Source: Haliotis cracherodii (Eukaryota). From it: 64,000 bases of DNA. Positions 58,566 through 64,000 of this stretch are shown here, piece by piece; position 1 is the first letter of the stretch; the number at the start of each line of letters is the position of its first letter. The position numbers and the translations under genes are program-made. The stretch spans positions 23,374,001 through 23,438,000 of the forward strand of contig NW_027266264.1 in NCBI RefSeq assembly GCF_022045235.1, given 5' to 3'. The notes under the pieces were generated by a model that was not told where the DNA came from, did no database searches, and saw only the letters and a list, made by a program, of their open reading frames with translations.

Positions 58566-59849
58566 CTTGTACCACACCACTGTGAGGTGATAAGAGAAAC
58601 AAGTTCCACAGAATGAAGCTTTTGATCAGGACTTGGTCCTGTTTATTCTTTGATTTACAGATATTTTTCATCAAAACCATGGAGTCGACAGTCCAAAATG
58701 TATTTAAAAAACTTATAGACATATAACACAAGAAACATGCTGCCTAAAGTGTGTCTTTTAAAGTCAAACAGATTATATATCCGTTCCAAACCGAGTGACA
58801 TGGAAGTTACCAGACTAACAGGAAGAGACAAAAATGTTCTCAACATTTTGATATTATACAATATATCAAACAATATATAGCAATTTTGTTCAAAATGTTT
58901 GTACAACAGGGAGTCATCAAACCTTTTCCAATGATAATGATAAAGATGTCACCATCCCTGACAGTTCATGTCTTCAACAGAAAGAGTCACTCAAGCATCT
59001 TCTGAGGTTCACATACAGATATCCAAATATATTCCAAGCAAGGCTTCAATACTTTGACAAGTCTGGATTTCTTCACTTTCTGGAAACTTAGATATTCTCT
59101 GGTCTCCTTTTTATTACCGGTATATAGTAAAAGGCAATTTAAGAAAAGAATCTTCACATCAGTCTGGTATCATCTCTGCAGTCAAAGTTCAAAGGCATAT
59201 GAGAAGGGTGACATAGCTGCCCATGATCTGGGTTTGATTCTATAATATAATGTGTATAAAGCTCATGCACTTTGGTGTCCCCTTCCCTGATTTGGCTGTA
59301 ATACTTAAGGGCGGAGCCAGCATTTTTAAAAGGCGGGGGTCCAAATATCAAAATCCTCTCTCAGATACTTTTACTGCCTCCAACATTTGGTTTTCAAAAA
59401 AGGAGGTCCTAATCCCCTCCTCATTTGCCTATGATATTGCTGACAGTTGTGTAAAAAACATATTCATTCATTCATTCGCAAAGGATAATTGTACATAATC
59501 GCATGTATGTCATTATAAATAAAAGTCATCGGTAACAAAATTAATTTGTATAGATCTAGTAGTCACAGCTGACATCCCACACTGCAACTGGCACAGCCCT
59601 GTATGGGGGAAAATATCACAGTTGTTTGTAAGAGGCTAGTATAAAAGTCATGCAGCTATTTCAACCTGCGTTTAAATATAACAATAATGCACATAATCAT
59701 AAACATATTCATAAACATATCAAATAGGCAAGGCCTAGTTTTGTTGTACAGATTTTCTGGAGAATTCATGGAGTCGGTAAACGAAACGTGAGGTGAGGTG
59801 AGGTGAAGGTTGAAGTGAAAAAAGGTCAAAGTGGCGTTCCAAGCAAAGA

Positions 59850-60003
59850 GGGGCGGTCGGGTAGCCTAGTGTCTAAAGTGTTCGCTCATCACACCGAGGA
59901 CCCAGGTTCAATTCCCGACATGGGTACACTGTGTCAAGCCCATTTCTGGTGTCCCCCGCCGTGATATTGCTGGAATGTTGCTAAAAGCGGCGTAAAACCA
60001 TAC
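59850..60003 (+). mobile_element. SINE family B, full length
   Basis: Same consensus as 27530-27690; AA(G/C)CAAAGA repeats on both flanks. Confidence 0.9.
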
Positions 60004-60621
60004 AACCAAAGAATCCAGAATGTTATCTTGAAGATGTCTGTTAATTAAATGGCTAGCCACTGTATTTTACTTGAAAAGCTCTTGAAAAAGATCAAGCAAG
60101 GTCATCTGCAACAATTAATTAGTAAGGCACCAAAATTCAAAAGAAAGTTCAGCTGAAACTGTACTAATGTCATCAAGTGTCCCGGACACCAGGTGTCATG
60201 GAGTTGGTGTGTGGCAGTCCAGGCACATTGAATGACAACAACACATAATCACACATAAACAACAAATAACAGTTTAACAGATATCTGACAATGTAATGAC
60301 ATAATGAAAAGGCTTTTGTTGCCATGACCTGCATCTCATCTGATCAACCCACACAACCATTAACACAGGAAACATCCATACAGTACAGTTCTCCACAGAA
60401 CTGTTATTAACCATTAAAGGAAAACAAACTTAAGAAAAACTTACCATTGTTCCTGAATATTTGGAGCAGCATCACTCTTTATTCCATAACTGTAATCATA
60501 ATGTTTTTGTAACAAATTGGGGCTTTAAATTATACTGCAGAAGATAAAAGCATATTAAATTGATTTCAAAAGACACATCATCTTCATAAAGCCGATATGA
60601 GGCATGGCTGGAGGATCCAGG

Positions 60622-60759
60622 CTACAGGACCGTACAGACTCTGGACTTGTTCCGTCTCTCAAGTTCCAGCATCTGCTTCTGTAGGGTCTGCAGCTCATTG
60701 GTCTTCTCCATCAGCTTCACCATTACTTCCTCCCGACCCTCCTGAGACTTCTCCAGTTT
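60622..60759 (-). CDS. Terminal coding exon of an unidentified coiled-coil protein ending in a CaaX box (CTVL*)
   Basis: Acceptor ATTTCCTCTCCAG|; KLEKSQEGREEVMVKLMEKTNELQTLQKQMLELERRNKSRVCTVL*; candidate AATAAA at 60483-60478 and 58647-58642; no upstream exons identified in the window. Confidence 0.72.
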   Translation of the reverse strand, partial: KLEKSQEGREEVMVKLMEKTNELQTLQKQMLELERRNKSRVCTVL

Positions 60760-60779
60760 CTGGAGAGGAAATACAGACA

Positions 60780-61926
60780 ATGAACACAACAGAACATTTC
60801 TGGGCAGTATGGCCAGACTGGGGAGGAACACATAGATGAACACAGCAGAACCTTTCTGGCATATATAGGGACAGTCTGGGGTGGAACACAGATAGATGAA
60901 CACAGCAGAACCTTTCTGGCATATATAGGGACAGTCTGATGTGGAACACAGATAGATGAACACAGCAGAACCTTTCTGGCATATATAGGGACAGTCTGGG
61001 GTGGAACACAGATAGATGAACACAGCAGAACCTTTCTGGCATATATAGGGACAGTCTGGGGTGGAACACAGATAGATGAACACAGCAGAACCTTTCTGGC
61101 ATATATAGGGACAGTCTGGGGTGGAACACAGATAGATGAACACAACAGAACATTTCTGGGCAGTATGGCCAGACTGGGGAGGAACACATAGATGAACACA
61201 GCAGAACCTTTCTGGCATATATAGGGACAGTCTGGGGTGGAACACAGATAGATGAACACAGCAGAACCTTTCTGGCATATATAGGGACAGTCTGATGTGG
61301 AACACAGATAGATGAACACAGCAGAACCTTTCTGGCATATATAGGGACAGTCTGGGGTGGAACACAGATAGATGAACACAGCAGAACCTTTCTGGCATAT
61401 ATAGGGACAGTCTGGGGTGGAACACAGATAGATGAACACAGCAGAACCTTTCTGGCATATATAGGGACAGTCTGGGGTGGAACACAGATAGATGAACACA
61501 GCAGAACCTTTCTGGCATATATAGGGACAGTCTGGGGTGGAACACAGATAGATGAACACAGCAGAACCTTTCTGGCATATATAGGGACAGTCTGGGGTGG
61601 AACACAGATAGATGAACACAGCAGAACCTTTCTGGCATATATAGGGACAGTCTGGGGTGGAACGCAGATAGATGAACACAGCAGAACCTTTCTGGCATAT
61701 ATAGGGACAGTCTGGGGTGGAACACAGATAGATGAACACAGCAGAACCTTTTTGGCATATATAGGGACAGTCTGGGGTGGAACGCAGATAGATGAACACA
61801 GCAGAACCTTTCTGGCATATATAGGGACAGTTTGGGGTGGAACACAGATAGATGAACACAGCAGAACCTTTCTGGCATATATAGGGACAGTTTGGGGTGG
61901 AACACAGATAGATGAACACAGCAGAA
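60780..61926. repeat. 60-bp minisatellite with shorter variant units (intronic); remnants at 62829-62870 and ~63120-63150
   Basis: GATGAACACAGCAGAACCTTTCTGGCATATATAGGGACAGTCTGGGGTGGAACACAGATA x~17 plus 2 variants. Confidence 0.98.
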
Positions 61927-62828
61927 TAGGGCTTCCAAGGGTCCAAATTTTTGGACTCGAGTACCCGAGGGGTGAAACTCGACTTGTACTTGAGTACCCG
62001 AAAATAGGACATTCTTTAAGAATATTGGTTCATTAGATCAAAATTGCCATCTAAAAGTATTAAAACATGTAATAAGTATAATTGAAATGTAAATAGAGAG
62101 GGTCCACGGAACTTTTTTATCTGTCAATGTGTATGGAAGCGTTCAGAGTTAATGTTTGCTTGTAACTGCACTAATCTTAATCACGACCTTCAAAAACATT
62201 ACGTCATGTCTACAAATGCTACAATACATATTGAACACAAACCAAGTTTTTTTCTGACGATCAGCGTTTCATTCGACACCTGCCAACAAGCACGAACAAT
62301 AATTCTCAGGAAGAAAATCGATAATGTGAATCACGTGACATACACGTATACACAGCTGCTGGGCTGCAAGACTAAGGCCGCGAAATATGGAAATGTAGTA
62401 CTATAAGTTCATTCATTAATGAGTTTTGTCACGTTTTCAAACTGTACCAAACTGTCGGCCTGTCGCTTGATTTGTAAGCACATATATATCAGCTAATCAG
62501 TTGTTAATCTGTGTAAGCGAATACACTTGGCATTTGAGTCCCGAGCAAAGAAGCAATAATCGCCTTGATACATTCAATTTCTTAAAGTCGTAAAGGAAAA
62601 CAATAATTACATCTAATTTATGTGACATTCTCAATTGTTCTAATGTACATCTACTTTCTACAAAGAATACATTATTCAAACAATATTTTTTGAAGCTTTA
62701 ATCAATATATTGATGAACAATTGAACATTGAAACAGAGTGATCTCCCCTTATCGAGTCCTTGATAACGGACTCGAGTCCCAGTAAAACCGACCCGGCCCC
62801 GAGTACTCGAGTACTCGTTGAAGCCCTA
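61927..62828. mobile_element. Non-autonomous hAT-type DNA transposon
   Basis: TIR TAGGGCTTC/GAAGCCCTA, 8-bp TSD CAGCAGAA (61919-61926 and 62829-62836), subterminal ACTCGAGT palindromes. Confidence 0.92.
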
Positions 62829-64000
62829 CAGCAGAACCTTTCTGGCATATATAGGGACAGTTTGGGGAAGGTGATGATGATGATGCAGTTTGAGATTTTA
62901 CGAATGCTTCTGGAACCTATACCAAAAGAAAGCCCCTCATGTCGAAATCGGGTGTTTCCTGATGGCGCTGTACTTATAATACAAGCCATCCACGGACAAT
63001 AAGGGATTCATTCTGATGACAAAATGATTGTCTCGCTGTAATATATAGTCCCTAATATTGTCCAATTATAGATCTGAAGTTTCTTCCACCTTACAATGAT
63101 CAATATCATAGGCCATTTTGATAGATGAACACAGCAGAACCTTTCTGGAATATTTACATTTTGTAAAGGGAGGTATCCCTATTGTCTGATCTACAGTTGT
63201 ACAGTGGAGGGTGATTATATGACACTGACGTGTGACTGACGTGCATAAATAAAGTACACGTGGAAATATTTATCTAGCTGACCACTAGTGTAATCAGATT
63301 GGGTGGTTTTGTTGAAAATTCTTTGAAATATGAGACATGAGCCTTCTAGAGGAAAGGCTGGTTCTCTGTTCACAGGGCCATGCACACTGACTGATGAAAG
63401 TGACTCTGTTAGAAACATTGATCGAGTGATCTTTCTGAAGAAAAATTATTTCTTGGCAAAATGGGTCCCCTGTATTTTCTCCTATCTTGCCCATCACAGT
63501 ACTTGGTAATTTATCACATGAACTGAACTATCTGACTTTCTTATAACTGGACAGTGCACCAATATGATCATGGTATAATTGATTCTGTACTATATCATTT
63601 CGCATATACGTGTAGTTTAAATATCTGCACATCGCATATTTATAAGCTGGTACTTTTAGATTTTTAGACTTTTAATTTACTTTCATACAAAGTCTTATAA
63701 TGTACTTGTGTTGTCTTAAAATAACATTTGTTGTCTTGAAATAACATTTGTTGTCTTAAATTGACAATTGACATCTAAAATAAAACTTTCAATAAAATCA
63801 TCTTTTCTTTACCCTTATCAAAATTATAACAACTTTAATCCAAATAAACCTGTTACAATAAGAATCATAGGGTCTACACATTTTTGAAAGTATCGATACG
63901 TATCATAATCGTATCATAGATAAAACTTATTATCGAGCATGACATAAAACTATATATTTGTTTCAGGTGTGACCTTCACCTTTCTCTCCCAGTGTTGTAT

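Noticed and set aside
60695-62036. 429-438-aa Cys-rich ORFs, or a CRISPR-like array
   Set aside because: Translations of a 60-bp tandem repeat with no unique spacers or cas genes; only 60622-60759 looks like a real exon
63215-63497. Short ORFs as upstream exons of the CaaX gene
   Set aside because: No convincing splice-site pair or recognisable protein features

Overview
This is eukaryotic, AT-rich, repeat-dense genomic DNA with spliced genes. The SINE families and transposons suggest a mollusc, plausibly abalone (inference). Two complete intron-containing genes can be assembled by hand. The first is a + strand CABIT/proline-rich/SAM adaptor of GAREM type (coding exons 7011-13450, 426 aa). 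The second is a - strand METTL27/WBSCR27-like class I SAM methyltransferase (39451-33262, 228 aa). There is also a terminal exon of a - strand coiled-coil protein ending in a CaaX box (60759-60622) and a gutted relic duplicate of the methyltransferase locus (~23.3-24.9 kb). Most of the rest is mobile DNA: a young two-ORF RTE-X-like LINE, nested decayed LINEs, four SINE families, a complete non-coding LTR element, DIRS, Tc1, Gypsy, Penelope and I/Nimb relics, MITEs and minisatellites. Two observations stand out. The intact LINE is flanked by a ~1 kb direct duplication of its target site. An abundant short retroelement has a non-tRNA, pseudoknot-forming 5' head that occurs as head-to-tail dimers with an identical junction, making it a candidate self-cleaving RNA. 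All family assignments come from motif recognition by eye, not database searches.
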